A stretch of 64,000 nt of DNA from Candidatus Schekmanbacteria bacterium (GTDB taxonomy: Bacteria > Schekmanbacteria > GWA2-38-11 > J061), in assembly GCA_016219965.1 (NCBI GenBank), contig JACRJM010000007.1, positions 372,294 through 436,293 of the forward strand, in the 5' to 3' direction. The position numbers and the translations under genes are program-made. The number at the start of each line of letters is the position of its first letter. The stretch's first letter is position 1. This document shows, piece after piece, positions 19,666 through 30,099 of this stretch. The notes beneath the pieces are model-generated. The model was not told where the DNA came from. It made no database searches and saw nothing but the letters and a program-made list of their open reading frames with translations.

Positions 19666-21069
19666 CTATTTCTGTGTTTCAAATATCCTGTAACCTTTTA
19701 TAAGGTCAATAGCTCTCTGAAGCTGATAATCATTAGCCGGATCTATTTCCCTAATAAGGTGAGGCACTTTCTTTTCAGAATCAGGCTGAGACTCATCCCC
19801 TTCCGGCTGCGGCGCGGTTACTTCATCTTTCTCATTTTTCATAACAGGAACCTGCTCTGTTTCGCTCTGCGGAGTTTCCTTGTTCAGGATATGTTTATCC
19901 AAATCCTTTTCCCTGAATATAGGAAGAGTCTTTGTTTTCGAATTGAGATCTATCTGTTTTACATCTATGTCCGGCTCAATCCCTGTTTCCTGAATAAGCC
20001 TTCCATTGGGCGTATAATAAAGAGCTGTTGTAAGCCTTAACGCTGAGCCGTCTTTAAGCGGGATTACGGTCTGCACCGAGCCTTTGCCAAATGTCCTTGT
20101 TCCCATTATGACCCCGCGTTTCCAATCCTGCAATGCTCCTGCTACTATTTCAGAGGCACTGGCGCTCCCGCTGTTAACAAGGATGACCATGGGAAGCTCA
20201 GGAAAATATGGATCTGATTTTGATTCAAACTTCAGGCTCTTTGTGCCGTCCCTTTCCACTGTATAAACGATAAGCCTTTTCTTAGGGAGGAATCTCTCCG
20301 CAACTTCAGAAGCCATATTGAGAAGCCCGCCGGGGTTATTCCTGAGGTCAAGGATAATCCCCTGAATATGCTCTTTCTCAAGTGCTTTTAGCGCGTTGTC
20401 GAGCTCATTAGATGTATCCTCCTGAAACTGGCTTATCCTTATGTAGCCTACAGAGTTGAACACTTTTTGTTTAACGCTCTTTATTTTTATTATGTCCCTT
20501 ACAATGTGGTAGTCTTTAAGTTCTTTAAATCCTTCCCTCATAATGGTGAGAACAACTTCAGTCCCCTTGGCACCGCGCATCATCATTACTGCATCATTAA
20601 GGGTCATGCCGCGGGTGTTCTTCCCGTCAATCTTTATTATCTTGTCCAGTTCCTTGATACCTGCAATCGCTGCCGGAGTATCATCCAATGGCGCAATCAC
20701 GGTAAGCTGTTCATCAACTATGGATATCTGGATCCCAACTCCTCCGAACTGTCCTTTTGTTTCAATCTGCATCTCCTTGAACATGTCAGGAGTCATAAAA
20801 CTTGAATGGGGGTCAAGGGATTCAACCATTCCTTTGATGGCGCTATACACAAGGTCCTTTGTCCCAACCTTGTCCGCACTGACATACTGTTGTTTGATTA
20901 TCGTGAATGCCTGACTGAAGACAGATAGGTTATCGTACGACGAATCATCCTTTTTGCCGTCTACTGCTGAATTCAGCAGAAAACCTGCAGTCAGTACAAT
21001 TACGACTAAAATAACTGCCGTAAGGCTTCTTCTAAAACGCATTGAGCTCTCCTTGGTTTTCATCCGCAA
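19666..21069 (-). CDS. ctpA: Carboxyl-terminal processing protease (S41 family)
   Basis: PDZ segment GVGIQI..; catalytic region ILDLRNNPGGLL and VILVNSGSASASEIVAGALQD. Confidence 0.9.
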   Translation of the reverse strand: MRMKTKESSMRFRRSLTAVILVVIVLTAGFLLNSAVDGKKDDSSYDNLSVFSQAFTIIKQQYVSADKVGTKDLVYSAIKGMVESLDPHSSFMTPDMFKEMQIETKGQFGGVGIQISIVDEQLTVIAPLDDTPAAIAGIKELDKIIKIDGKNTRGMTLNDAVMMMRGAKGTEVVLTIMREGFKELKDYHIVRDIIKIKSVKQKVFNSVGYIRISQFQEDTSNELDNALKALEKEHIQGIILDLRNNPGGLLNMASEVAERFLPKKRLIVYTVERDGTKSLKFESKSDPYFPELPMVILVNSGSASASEIVAGALQDWKRGVIMGTRTFGKGSVQTVIPLKDGSALRLTTALYYTPNGRLIQETGIEPDIDVKQIDLNSKTKTLPIFREKDLDKHILNKETPQSETEQVPVMKNEKDEVTAPQPEGDESQPDSEKKVPHLIREIDPANDYQLQRAIDLIKGYRIFETQK

Positions 21070-21154
21070 ATCTCACATTTGCAATGATAAATTAAATGAT
21101 AAATTAGTTTATTCTTAATTACTCCAATTTGTAACAGATATCAACAAAACTGCA

Positions 21155-22321
21155 CTAAGGATGCAGCCATTCAATCGGATTCTGCGGCTCCCCCCTGTGA
21201 TTAATCTCGAAATATAGTTTACCGGAGCCCCCTGTGTCCAGATTAATTTTTCCAAGAATCTTTCCTGTAAAAATATTCTGTCCTTCTTTTACAAAAATAT
21301 TGCCATTAAATCCATAAACAGAATAATAGCCATCTCCATGATCCACTATAACAAGATTCCCATATTCCTTAAATGGCCCTGCAAAAGATATCTTCCCGCC
21401 GAATATGGACTGAACCACATCGCCCTTTGAAACAGATATCATGATGCCCCGTAAAGCCGGGCTGTTCCCGCCGCTTATTATCCGTTTTGCCGGCAGCTCG
21501 CCTTTAACGGGCCATCCCAGAAGTTTACGATTATCAGGAAAAAGCTCGTTAACTTTAGAATCATTTGCAGTTGCCTGAACATTCTCCTCACTTCTCATAT
21601 CAACTTCCTGAACAAGCGTGCCAAGTTCCGAGACCTGCTTTTTCAGACCCGCTATCTTTTTACCTGAAAGATACTCCTGGCTTCTCAGCATAGTGATTAG
21701 TTTATTCTTCTCCCGCTTTTTGTCAGCAAGCTCTTTCCCGAGTGCTGTCTCTTTGTCATAAACTTCCTTTGTCTTTGCCAGAGAAAGAGTAAGGGAATTT
21801 TGCAGCTTGTTTAAAGACATAACCTGCTCGTTGACCCTGTTGAAGTCCTTAAGCTCCCTTGATGAAATTATTTTCACTGTCATGACGTTATTGACAAAAT
21901 TGAGATAGCCTTTTGAATTGTAGATGACTTTGAGAGGGTAATCTTTCCCTCTCATGTAAACAAACTTCACCCTGTTAGAAATGTAATCTTTCAATTCCCG
22001 GACATTCGATTCTTCTTTTTGCAGGTTATCGCTGAGCTCTCTATTCATAGATGTAAGCTTCACATATTCTGTCTTGTACTTTGCAAGCTCTTTTTCTTTT
22101 TTCCTGAGAAGTGTCGTGATGTTTTTGATTTCTCCTTCCAGCCCACTCCTTTTTTTAGACAGCGACTGAAGCTTTGTTTCTTCGTCAGCAAGTTCTTTTT
22201 TTATTTCTTCAGGGTTTTTGGGGGTCTCTGTTTTCTTTTCAGCGGCAAAAGCATAAACAGGAAACAAAAAAAACAGGACAATGACAGCAGTTATTTTAAG
22301 CCTTGATTTTAAGAGTCTCAT
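21155..22321 (-). CDS. M23 peptidase-domain protein with N-terminal coiled coil (EnvC-like murein hydrolase activator)
   Basis: Signal peptide; long coiled-coil region; C-terminal LytM/M23 domain (VIVDHGDGYYSVYG); sits directly downstream of ftsEX. Confidence 0.8.
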   Translation of the reverse strand: MRLLKSRLKITAVIVLFFLFPVYAFAAEKKTETPKNPEEIKKELADEETKLQSLSKKRSGLEGEIKNITTLLRKKEKELAKYKTEYVKLTSMNRELSDNLQKEESNVRELKDYISNRVKFVYMRGKDYPLKVIYNSKGYLNFVNNVMTVKIISSRELKDFNRVNEQVMSLNKLQNSLTLSLAKTKEVYDKETALGKELADKKREKNKLITMLRSQEYLSGKKIAGLKKQVSELGTLVQEVDMRSEENVQATANDSKVNELFPDNRKLLGWPVKGELPAKRIISGGNSPALRGIMISVSKGDVVQSIFGGKISFAGPFKEYGNLVIVDHGDGYYSVYGFNGNIFVKEGQNIFTGKILGKINLDTGGSGKLYFEINHRGEPQNPIEWLHP

Positions 22322-23220
22322 TTCCTCAGAAACTTCGCTGTAGATATGCCTCCTCCGCAGATTCCCAGCAATATGCCTCCTCCTAATATGAAAAATATCG
22401 AGAGGGGGTCAAGGAATTCAAATCTCATCCCGGAGAATATTAATGAGAACGCACCTTCAAGATTGTTCTTCAGGAATGAATAAACAGCATAGAGTATCCC
22501 GACTGAAAGGAGTGAACCTCCTAAACCCTGCCATATCCCTTCAAATATGAAGGGCCCCTTTATAAACCAGTTGGTGGCACCTATGAGTTTCATTATCTCT
22601 ATCTGCGTTGAACGGGAATGGATGGTAATCTTCACTGTGTTATAAATGATAAAGACAACGCCTACTCCTATGAGGAGCATGATTATCCCGGCAACCAGTT
22701 TTATGAAGGAAAGGAAGCCGAAAAACCTGTTAATCCAGTCACCGGTGATATTCACATCTTCGATGCCGTCGATGCGGGAAAGCCCAGCCACAAAACGCTC
22801 CATGCTCTGCACATCCCTGGTGTTCTTTTTTAATTTTATCTCAATCGAAGACGGAAGCGGGTTAGATCCAGCAAAATCAATGAGCTTGTTATAATCAGGC
22901 ATTTCTTTCCTGAATTTTGCCAGTGCTTCATCGGATGAAACGAATTTTAAGGATTCAATAACAGAGTCCTCTTTAAGGCGCAGCTCTATCTTCTTGTAAA
23001 CATCATCACCCGGCTTGATATCAGGCTTTAGATAGACAGTCACATCAATGTCTGCATATATTGAATCTACGACCCTGTTGAGGTTAAAAGCAAAAAGCAG
23101 GACGATTCCGAAGATAAAGCAGGCAAGGGATATTATCACTACAACCGACAGGTGGAGATATGGATGGTTTTTAAAATCCCTGACAGACTGGGAAAGGAAA
23201 AATCCTGCGCTACTGAACAT
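22318..23220 (-). CDS. ftsX: Cell division permease FtsX
   Basis: 300-aa four-TM protein with FtsX-type periplasmic loop, overlapping the ftsE stop. Confidence 0.8.
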   Translation of the reverse strand: MFSSAGFFLSQSVRDFKNHPYLHLSVVVIISLACFIFGIVLLFAFNLNRVVDSIYADIDVTVYLKPDIKPGDDVYKKIELRLKEDSVIESLKFVSSDEALAKFRKEMPDYNKLIDFAGSNPLPSSIEIKLKKNTRDVQSMERFVAGLSRIDGIEDVNITGDWINRFFGFLSFIKLVAGIIMLLIGVGVVFIIYNTVKITIHSRSTQIEIMKLIGATNWFIKGPFIFEGIWQGLGGSLLSVGILYAVYSFLKNNLEGAFSLIFSGMRFEFLDPLSIFFILGGGILLGICGGGISTAKFLRK

Positions 23221-23893
23221 CAGACTCCCTCCCCGTTGAATCTTCCCTTATCTTCCCATTGTCAATATGCAGTGTCCTCTTTCCGAGTTCCCGAACCATC
23301 GCCACATTATGTGTTGCGACGATAACAGTGCTCCCCTTTGCGTTTACCTGGTTGAATATATCTATTATCCTTGCTGCGTTCTCAGGGTCAAGGTTTCCAG
23401 ACGGTTCATCTGCAAGTAGAAGAGCCGGGCTGTTCACTATGGCACGGGCGATGCAGACACGCTGCTGCTCGCCGCCTGAAAGGTTTTCCGGAACATCCCT
23501 GTATCTTTTTTCAAGTCCCACCATGCGGAGCACTTCCATGACCCTGCCGTTTATCTCTGAGTGTTTCCTGCCCAGAATCCTAAGTGCAAATGCAACATTA
23601 TCAAAAACATTGCTGTCGCGCAGGAGCTTGAAATCCTGGAACACAACGCCTATGTTGCGCCGGAAATAGGGGATGCTTCTTTTCTTGAGGCGGGAAGTGT
23701 TCTTTCCAAATATCACGACCTGTCCGTCTGAAAGAGTTTCAGCCATGTAGAGAAGTTTTAAAAGAGTGGTCTTGCCTGCACCGCTGGGACCGGTCAAAAA
23801 GACAAACTCGCCTTTCTTCACACTGAGGCTTATATCCCTCAATGCCCAAAGCCCACCGTCATATACTTTGTTTACATGGAAAAGCTGGATCAT
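23210..23893 (-). CDS. ftsE: Cell division ATP-binding protein FtsE
   Basis: Walker A GPSGAGKTT; ABC signature [14 protein letters not shown]; Walker B LLLADEP; start placed at MIQLFHVNKVY. Confidence 0.9.
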   Translation of the reverse strand: MIQLFHVNKVYDGGLWALRDISLSVKKGEFVFLTGPSGAGKTTLLKLLYMAETLSDGQVVIFGKNTSRLKKRSIPYFRRNIGVVFQDFKLLRDSNVFDNVAFALRILGRKHSEINGRVMEVLRMVGLEKRYRDVPENLSGGEQQRVCIARAIVNSPALLLADEPSGNLDPENAARIIDIFNQVNAKGSTVIVATHNVAMVRELGKRTLHIDNGKIREDSTGRESDVQ

Positions 23894-23960
23894 ATTGATT
23901 TTTTTATAAATTAGTAATACCCTCTTTGCAAGCACAAAACTCTATCTAAACTTAAATGCC

Positions 23961-24305
23961 ATGTATTTCAGAAATATATATATCAGGGGATTAAAGCCCG
24001 TAAAATTAAAGGTTGCCGACAAATTTAAAAAACCGTCAGCAAAAGATAACCTTAAAATATGGCCCAAAAGCTACAAGCGCTTTTCTGTGAGCAGCAATGA
24101 AGAGGAAAATTTTAAGGTTGAACCGCAGAAACACAATTACAAACTTCTATTGATTTCAATCGGGATTCTCCTGCTTCTCTGGTTTGTATTCATTAGGCCC
24201 ATTGAAAAGATAAAGACACCACATAGTACGCCGGACAAATCAATTGCAGTGCAACTTTCTGATAACAGCGCAGCAGAAAAACCGGATGGAGAAGAGTCGC
24301 ACTGA
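23961..24305 (+). CDS. Hypothetical small single-pass membrane protein
   Basis: 114-aa ORF filling the ftsE-htrA gap; one hydrophobic segment; no clear RBS. Confidence 0.25.
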   Translation: MYFRNIYIRGLKPVKLKVADKFKKPSAKDNLKIWPKSYKRFSVSSNEEENFKVEPQKHNYKLLLISIGILLLLWFVFIRPIEKIKTPHSTPDKSIAVQLSDNSAAEKPDGEESH

Positions 24306-24313
24306 GACTCCCG

Positions 24314-25792
24314 TCAATCACCGTCGGTTGAAAGATAGACACCTTTCCCGTCCCTGATTACCAGAAAAATAAAGGCATTGCTTGGAGATAATTCCTTTAG
24401 AACCCTGCTGAATTCCTTGCTGTCTTTAACCCGCAGTGTGTTTATTTCAAGGATAACATCCCCTTCCATAACCCGCGCCTTGTAACCTATTCCGCCATCT
24501 CCGACAGATTCAACAATGACTCCGGGTTCATTGACCTTGAATTGCTTGGCGAGCAAAGGGTTAAGGTCCGAAACGACAATCCCCATCCTGTCCTCGAAAT
24601 TCCCTGAAGACCTTATTAAGAAATTCCTTGATAGCTCTACCGGCGTGATCTGCATGTTAATTGTCTTACCTTCCCGGAAAACAGTGAGCGGGTATGGTTT
24701 TCCCGGAGATGATTTCTCTATGAGGGAATAAAGGTCTCTGCATGAGCTTACAATATTGCCTCCATAGTTTACTATGATATCACCGGTTTTTATCCCCGCC
24801 CGTTCTGCTGATGTGCCTACTGCAACGTCTCCCACCAAAGCACCCATCTCATCGCTCACGCCAAAGCTTTTAGCAATCAGCTTATCAACAGGCTGGATTC
24901 TCACACCGATCCAGGAGCGTTCCAATCTGCTGTTTGAAGCCATTTCCGCTACGGACTGTTTTATGCTGTTAATCGGTATGGCAAATCCTATCCCTGTGCC
25001 ATTGGCGATAATCGCAGAGTTTATCCCGACGACTTCGCCGTTGATATTGAGGAGCGGCCCTCCGCTGTTCCCCTGATTTATAGGAGCATCTGTCTGAATG
25101 AAAGAGTTGGTAGTCCCCATGCCGAGCAGTCTTCCTTTTGCACTAACTATGCCGGCAGTGACCGTATGCCCAAGCCCGAAGGGATTGCCGATGGCAACTA
25201 CCCATTCCCCAACTTCTGCCTTGTCTGAATTTCCAAGAGTCACGAATGGAAGATCTTTCCCGGAATAGATCTTAAGAAGCGCCACATCCTTGTCAGGGTC
25301 TCTTCCGATTATCTTCGCCTCAAACTCGCGCGTGTCGGACAAGGTGACATTTATCCTTGTAGAACTCTGAATGACATGGTTGTTGGTAAGAATGTAGCCG
25401 CTCTTGTTTATTATAAAACCTGAACCAAGGCTGATTCGCTGGTAATATTTTGAATTTTTCTTCCCGTTGAAATTATTAAAGAGGTCTCCGTACGGCACCC
25501 CCTTTTCTCTTTTCTCGTACTCCCAGTGATGGACGTCATCCTCTTCCTTTGCCGTTGAATAGGTGTTGATATTCACCACCGCACTGTCAATGGCATTTAC
25601 CAGAGGAACAAAAGTAAGCGGACGGGAGGAGCTGTCAGTCTCTATAATGGGATTAGGGTTTTTAACCTCTGTCCATATCCTCTCAGATATATTGCGGTTA
25701 AGATCCGACATGCGTCCCACAGTGACTGCAATAAATATAAGAAATACTAAAACTATTGCAGAGACATGATCTCTTTTTGAAGTTCCGTTCAT
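24314..25792 (-). CDS. htrA: Periplasmic serine endoprotease HtrA/DegP family (trypsin-like + 2 PDZ)
   Basis: N-terminal anchor; catalytic GNSGGPLLN; two PDZ-like C-terminal segments. Confidence 0.9.
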   Translation of the reverse strand: MNGTSKRDHVSAIVLVFLIFIAVTVGRMSDLNRNISERIWTEVKNPNPIIETDSSSRPLTFVPLVNAIDSAVVNINTYSTAKEEDDVHHWEYEKREKGVPYGDLFNNFNGKKNSKYYQRISLGSGFIINKSGYILTNNHVIQSSTRINVTLSDTREFEAKIIGRDPDKDVALLKIYSGKDLPFVTLGNSDKAEVGEWVVAIGNPFGLGHTVTAGIVSAKGRLLGMGTTNSFIQTDAPINQGNSGGPLLNINGEVVGINSAIIANGTGIGFAIPINSIKQSVAEMASNSRLERSWIGVRIQPVDKLIAKSFGVSDEMGALVGDVAVGTSAERAGIKTGDIIVNYGGNIVSSCRDLYSLIEKSSPGKPYPLTVFREGKTINMQITPVELSRNFLIRSSGNFEDRMGIVVSDLNPLLAKQFKVNEPGVIVESVGDGGIGYKARVMEGDVILEINTLRVKDSKEFSRVLKELSPSNAFIFLVIRDGKGVYLSTDGD

Positions 25793-25825
25793 GTTATTTA
25801 TTTTTATTCTTTCATTTTTCTTCTT

Positions 25826-27100
25826 TTATTTTTCATCCCTCATCGAGCAGAAAACTCCGCACATGGTACATACGTCGGGAGCCGCGGGTTTTGACGATTC
25901 CCTTATGGCAGCAGCCTTTTCAGGATTGATTGAAAGGCTTATCTGCTTCTTCCAGTCAAGATTTCTTCTCGCCCTGGCCATTTCAATATCCCTTTCCATG
26001 GCGCCCTTCTTCCCCTTTGCCACATCGGCGGCATGTGCGGCAATCCTTGCGACTATCACGGCTTCCTTCACATCATCAACCGTTGGAAGCCTTAAATGCT
26101 CGGACGGAGTCACATAACAGAGAAAATCCGCACCATAACTTCCTGCAAGTGCACCTCCTATGGCTGACGTAATGTGATCATAGCCAGGAGCAATATCGGT
26201 AACAAGAGGACCTAATACATAAAACGGCGCTCCTTTGCAAAGCTTTTTCTCCAAAAGTATATTGGTCTCAATCTGGTTAATTGGGACATGTCCGGGACCT
26301 TCTATCATAACCTGCACACCTACATTCCATGCAGACTGCGCAAGCTCACCCAGATGGATAAGCTCCTGCACCTGCGCCCTGTCAGTGGCATCGCTAAGAC
26401 ATCCCGGCCTTAAACCATCACCAAGGCTTATCGTTACATCATACTCCTTAAGGATCTCGAGGAGCCGTCCATAGTCCTCATAGTAAGGATTCTCTTTTTC
26501 ATTATGCCTCATCCATTTTGAAAGTATGGAACCGCCGCGGCTCACTATGCCGGTAATGCGTCCCTCTTTATCAAGGGCATCAAGAGCTCTTAATGTCACA
26601 CCGCAATGGACTGTTACGAAATCAACCCCTTCTTTAAGATGGTCTTCAACAGCCTTGAAAAAATCATCTTTCTTTATATCCTTTATGGACTTTCCATTTT
26701 CAAATGCATCAACTGCCGTCATATATATTGGCACAGTGCCTACCATAACATTGCTTGCTTTAATCACCCTGCGCAAGGTCTCTGCTAAGTTGCCGCCTGT
26801 GCTTAAATCCATTACTGCATCTGCTCCGGCTTTTACCGCAACTTCAACTTTTTTTATTTCCTCATCAATGTCGTGCATCTCAGGGGAAGTCCCGATATTG
26901 GCATTCACTTTTGTGAATAGCCCTTCACCTATGCCGCGCGGCTCTATCCCCCGCTTTCGTCGATTATTAAATGGAATCGCCACTTTCCCTTCTGCTATTT
27001 TTTTAGCAAGCTCTTCGCAGTCTATCCCTTCATAAGCGGAGACCCTTTCCATTTCAGGTGTCAGTTCCCCGCTTCTTGCTTTTTCAATTAATGTCTTCAT
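25826..27100 (-). CDS. thiC: Phosphomethylpyrimidine synthase
   Basis: ThiC-like sequence throughout; C-terminal CTMCGVFCSM Fe-S motif. Confidence 0.9.
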   Translation of the reverse strand: MKTLIEKARSGELTPEMERVSAYEGIDCEELAKKIAEGKVAIPFNNRRKRGIEPRGIGEGLFTKVNANIGTSPEMHDIDEEIKKVEVAVKAGADAVMDLSTGGNLAETLRRVIKASNVMVGTVPIYMTAVDAFENGKSIKDIKKDDFFKAVEDHLKEGVDFVTVHCGVTLRALDALDKEGRITGIVSRGGSILSKWMRHNEKENPYYEDYGRLLEILKEYDVTISLGDGLRPGCLSDATDRAQVQELIHLGELAQSAWNVGVQVMIEGPGHVPINQIETNILLEKKLCKGAPFYVLGPLVTDIAPGYDHITSAIGGALAGSYGADFLCYVTPSEHLRLPTVDDVKEAVIVARIAAHAADVAKGKKGAMERDIEMARARRNLDWKKQISLSINPEKAAAIRESSKPAAPDVCTMCGVFCSMRDEK

Positions 27101-28527
27101 TTATTTCCGCCTTTTGCTTTCCCTTCCGGATATGTCTTTTTCATTTCAAATGCAATCTTTAAAACCTTTTCTGCCGCCTCTTTGGCGCTTCTGCCAAACA
27201 CCCTGATCATTGGCTCTTTGCCTTCTCCCCCTTTGTCAAAAATAATATCAGGGCATTTTCCTTTTTTCCTCAGTATCTGCTCCACTCCCCAGTCAAGGGT
27301 TCTTCCTTCCTTTGAACTGTTGCTTTTTGGTTCGCTTTTCCTTGAAAATTCCGCAACCTCAAGACCGAGTTTTTTTGCCGCAGAAACTATTGATGGAGAA
27401 TATTTTATATTCATTGAACCTGCAATGCTTTTATCAAAACTGCGCGCTGTAAGAAGGACGCGGGCAATATGGCTTGATGCTCCCATTTTGGGAGAAGACA
27501 AAACTGCAATGTCATCGCCAAGCCTTACGATCCGTCCCGGAAATGCGGCTACATCATCTATAGTATTTCCTCTCACGGTTACAGAGGCTATGTTGGTCTG
27601 GACTTCAGGGATAAGAAAACCTAATTGCCTTCCCTTTAAAATCTCAAAAGCATTCTGTGCATCTTCGATTGCTGAAAGCTTCACTGCATCGCGGACAACC
27701 CATGATGATGGATCAGGCGGGCTTATGCCGTTCCCCACTCCCTCTGAATTAATAAGTGCGTTCTCAACATATTCCTTTGCTTTGGAGACTGCACTTTTAA
27801 GGTCAAAACCACAGGCTAGTAACGATGCGATAAAAGCTGAAAACATACAGCCTATGCCATGAGTATTTTTTGACTCGATCCGCTTCCCTTCGAACAATGT
27901 AAAAGCCCTGCCATTATAAAAGACATCAACGGGTGCGCCTTTAAGATGCCCTCCCTTTACAAGTACATTTTTTGCCCCAAGTTTAACTATCACTTTTGCA
28001 GCAGACTTCATGTCATCTATATTTTTTATATTTATACCGGAAAGCACAGTCGCCTCATCAATATTGGGAGTGACAAGGATAGAGAGAGGAAATATTTTTT
28101 CGACAAGGGATTTTATAGCCTCTTTTTTAAGAAGTATGTTTCCTCCCTTTGAAACCGTTACCGGGTCAACTACGAGATTCCTCACCTTGTAATGTTTAAG
28201 TCTGGCGGCTGTCACATTTATAAGAGCGCTTGTATAGAGCATCCCTGTCTTTACAGCATCAAATTTAATATCTCTTAGGACTGCATCAAGCTGGTTTTCC
28301 ACAATGTCAGCAGGCAATGAAAAAATGCTTTCAATGCCAAGAGTATTCTGTGCTGTAATGGCAGTTATGACCGTTGCACCGTAACCACCCATGCTGTTTA
28401 CTACTCTTAAATCAGCCTGAACGCCTGCACCGCCCCCTGAGTCTGAGCCGGCAATAGTCAATACCTTAAACACTATGAAATAATCCTCCTGATTTTCCTG
28501 GCTTCTTCTTCTGCGTCTCCTGCGCAA
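27097..28527 (-). CDS. thiDN: Bifunctional HMP/HMP-P kinase ThiD fused to a ThiN-type thiamine-phosphate synthase domain (ThiDN)
   Basis: N-terminal VLTIAGSDSGGGAGVQADL (ThiD); C-terminal ~180 aa ThiN-like domain; ORF-track start overlaps thiE, so the true start is probably an internal or non-ATG codon near 28470. Confidence 0.8.
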   Translation of the reverse strand: MRRRRRRRSQENQEDYFIVFKVLTIAGSDSGGGAGVQADLRVVNSMGGYGATVITAITAQNTLGIESIFSLPADIVENQLDAVLRDIKFDAVKTGMLYTSALINVTAARLKHYKVRNLVVDPVTVSKGGNILLKKEAIKSLVEKIFPLSILVTPNIDEATVLSGINIKNIDDMKSAAKVIVKLGAKNVLVKGGHLKGAPVDVFYNGRAFTLFEGKRIESKNTHGIGCMFSAFIASLLACGFDLKSAVSKAKEYVENALINSEGVGNGISPPDPSSWVVRDAVKLSAIEDAQNAFEILKGRQLGFLIPEVQTNIASVTVRGNTIDDVAAFPGRIVRLGDDIAVLSSPKMGASSHIARVLLTARSFDKSIAGSMNIKYSPSIVSAAKKLGLEVAEFSRKSEPKSNSSKEGRTLDWGVEQILRKKGKCPDIIFDKGGEGKEPMIRVFGRSAKEAAEKVLKIAFEMKKTYPEGKAKGGNK

Positions 28528-29102
28528 AGAATAGCCCTTATCATTGCCACACCGTCTGCCCCTGCATCAATCACATCTTTGCAGTTTTCGATATCAATCC
28601 CTCCGATGGCTATGACCGGCACTGAGACGTTCTTCCTTATCAGCTTTATTCCTTCAATACCGCGCGGCTCTATCAATCCTTCTTTTGAAGGGGTCTTAAA
28701 AACAGGACCATAGGTAATATAGTCAGCGCCTTCCTTTTCAGCCGTAACTGCATCTTCAACTCCATGGCATGAAACCCCTACAATCATGGAATAGGGTTTT
28801 AACAGTTTCTTTACCTCATAAAGAGGAAGCGACTTCCATCCAAGATGTATCCCGTCAACTCCTGCTGCAATCGCGACATCAACGCGGTCGTTGATTATTA
28901 TCTTTGCTGATTTCCCTGATGCTATTTTTATTTCCTGCACAAGCTTATAAAGTTCGCGGGCATTTAAATCCTTCTCGCGCACCTGGATTGAATCAACGCC
29001 GCCGCGTACAGCATCTCTCGCAATCCCGCACAAATTCCCTTTTGCAAGCGCCCTGTCTGTTACAAGGCAAAGTTTAAATGGAGTCTCTTTCAACCCGTTC
29101 AA
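28473..29102 (-). CDS. thiE: Thiamine-phosphate synthase
   Basis: LCLVTDRAL.. and GVDGIHLG.. ThiE motifs. Confidence 0.85.
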   Translation of the reverse strand: MNGLKETPFKLCLVTDRALAKGNLCGIARDAVRGGVDSIQVREKDLNARELYKLVQEIKIASGKSAKIIINDRVDVAIAAGVDGIHLGWKSLPLYEVKKLLKPYSMIVGVSCHGVEDAVTAEKEGADYITYGPVFKTPSKEGLIEPRGIEGIKLIRKNVSVPVIAIGGIDIENCKDVIDAGADGVAMIRAILCAGDAEEEARKIRRIIS

Positions 29103-29110
29103 GATATATC

Positions 29111-29893
29111 CTATTCGATCGTGCCATCAAAAGGGCTTGAAGCCGTTGCATAAAGTTTCTTCTGTATTCGTCCGGCAAGATAGGCAAGGCGTCCTGCATG
29201 CACTGCATATCTCATTGCCTCAGCCATGAGAAGCGGCTTTTTCGCTCCCGCGATGCCTGTGTTCATAAGCACTCCATCACAGCCAAGCTCCATTGCTATT
29301 GCAGCATCCGAGGCAGTGCCAACACCTGCATCAACAAGCACCGGGACTTTTACGGTCTCAAGGATTATTCTTATATTGTAGGGGTTCCTTATCCCAAGCC
29401 CTGAGCCAATAGGGGCGCCAAGGGGCATAACCGCAGAGGCACCGGCATCTTCAAGTTTCTTTGCCATGATTGGGTCGTCGTTTGTATATGGAAGAACTAT
29501 AAAACCTTCTTTAACTAACACTTTCGTAGCTTCAAGGAGAGCCTCGTTATCGGGGAAAAGTGTTTTCTCGCTCCCTATGACCTCAAGCTTTACCATGCTT
29601 GAAAGCCCTGCTTCGCGTCCAAGGCGGGCAGTCCTTATTGCATCATCCGCTGTATAGCATGCAGCAGTGTTTGGAAGTATTGTATATTTTTTCCTGTCTA
29701 TGTAATCGAGCAGGGATTCTTTCGTTGAGTCGCTTATGTTTATCCTTCGCACCGCGACAGTCACAATCTCAGCGCCTGAAAGTTCAAGCGCCTGCTTAGT
29801 CTCTTCGAAGCTTGCGTATTTTCCTGTCCCGACAATAAGCCTTGATTTGAATTTCTTATCACCGAGTATTAGATAATCTTCTGACATGTTCAT
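29111..29893 (-). CDS. thiG: Thiazole synthase
   Basis: [19 protein letters not shown] and overall ThiG TIM-barrel pattern. Confidence 0.9.
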   Translation of the reverse strand: MNMSEDYLILGDKKFKSRLIVGTGKYASFEETKQALELSGAEIVTVAVRRINISDSTKESLLDYIDRKKYTILPNTAACYTADDAIRTARLGREAGLSSMVKLEVIGSEKTLFPDNEALLEATKVLVKEGFIVLPYTNDDPIMAKKLEDAGASAVMPLGAPIGSGLGIRNPYNIRIILETVKVPVLVDAGVGTASDAAIAMELGCDGVLMNTGIAGAKKPLLMAEAMRYAVHAGRLAYLAGRIQKKLYATASSPFDGTIE

Positions 29894-30090
29894 CCTCCTC
29901 CAACAAAATGTATTATCTCAACAATGTCTCCGTCTTTTAAGGACACCGACATGTAATCTTCTTTTTTAATGACTTCCCTGTTAAGCTCCACGGCAACCTG
30001 TTTTCCGGCAATTCCCAAAGATTCCAGAAGTGCGTAAACCGTAAGCTCTCCGCTGAATTCTTTCAACTCACCGTTAATTTTTAATTGCAT
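29890..30090 (-). CDS. thiS: Sulfur carrier protein ThiS
   Basis: 66-aa [12 protein letters not shown] with C-terminal Gly-Gly; the ORF-track 107-aa version extends into the riboswitch and is rejected. Confidence 0.85.
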   Translation of the reverse strand: MQLKINGELKEFSGELTVYALLESLGIAGKQVAVELNREVIKKEDYMSVSLKDGDIVEIIHFVGGG

Positions 30091-30099
30091 CAACTCACC

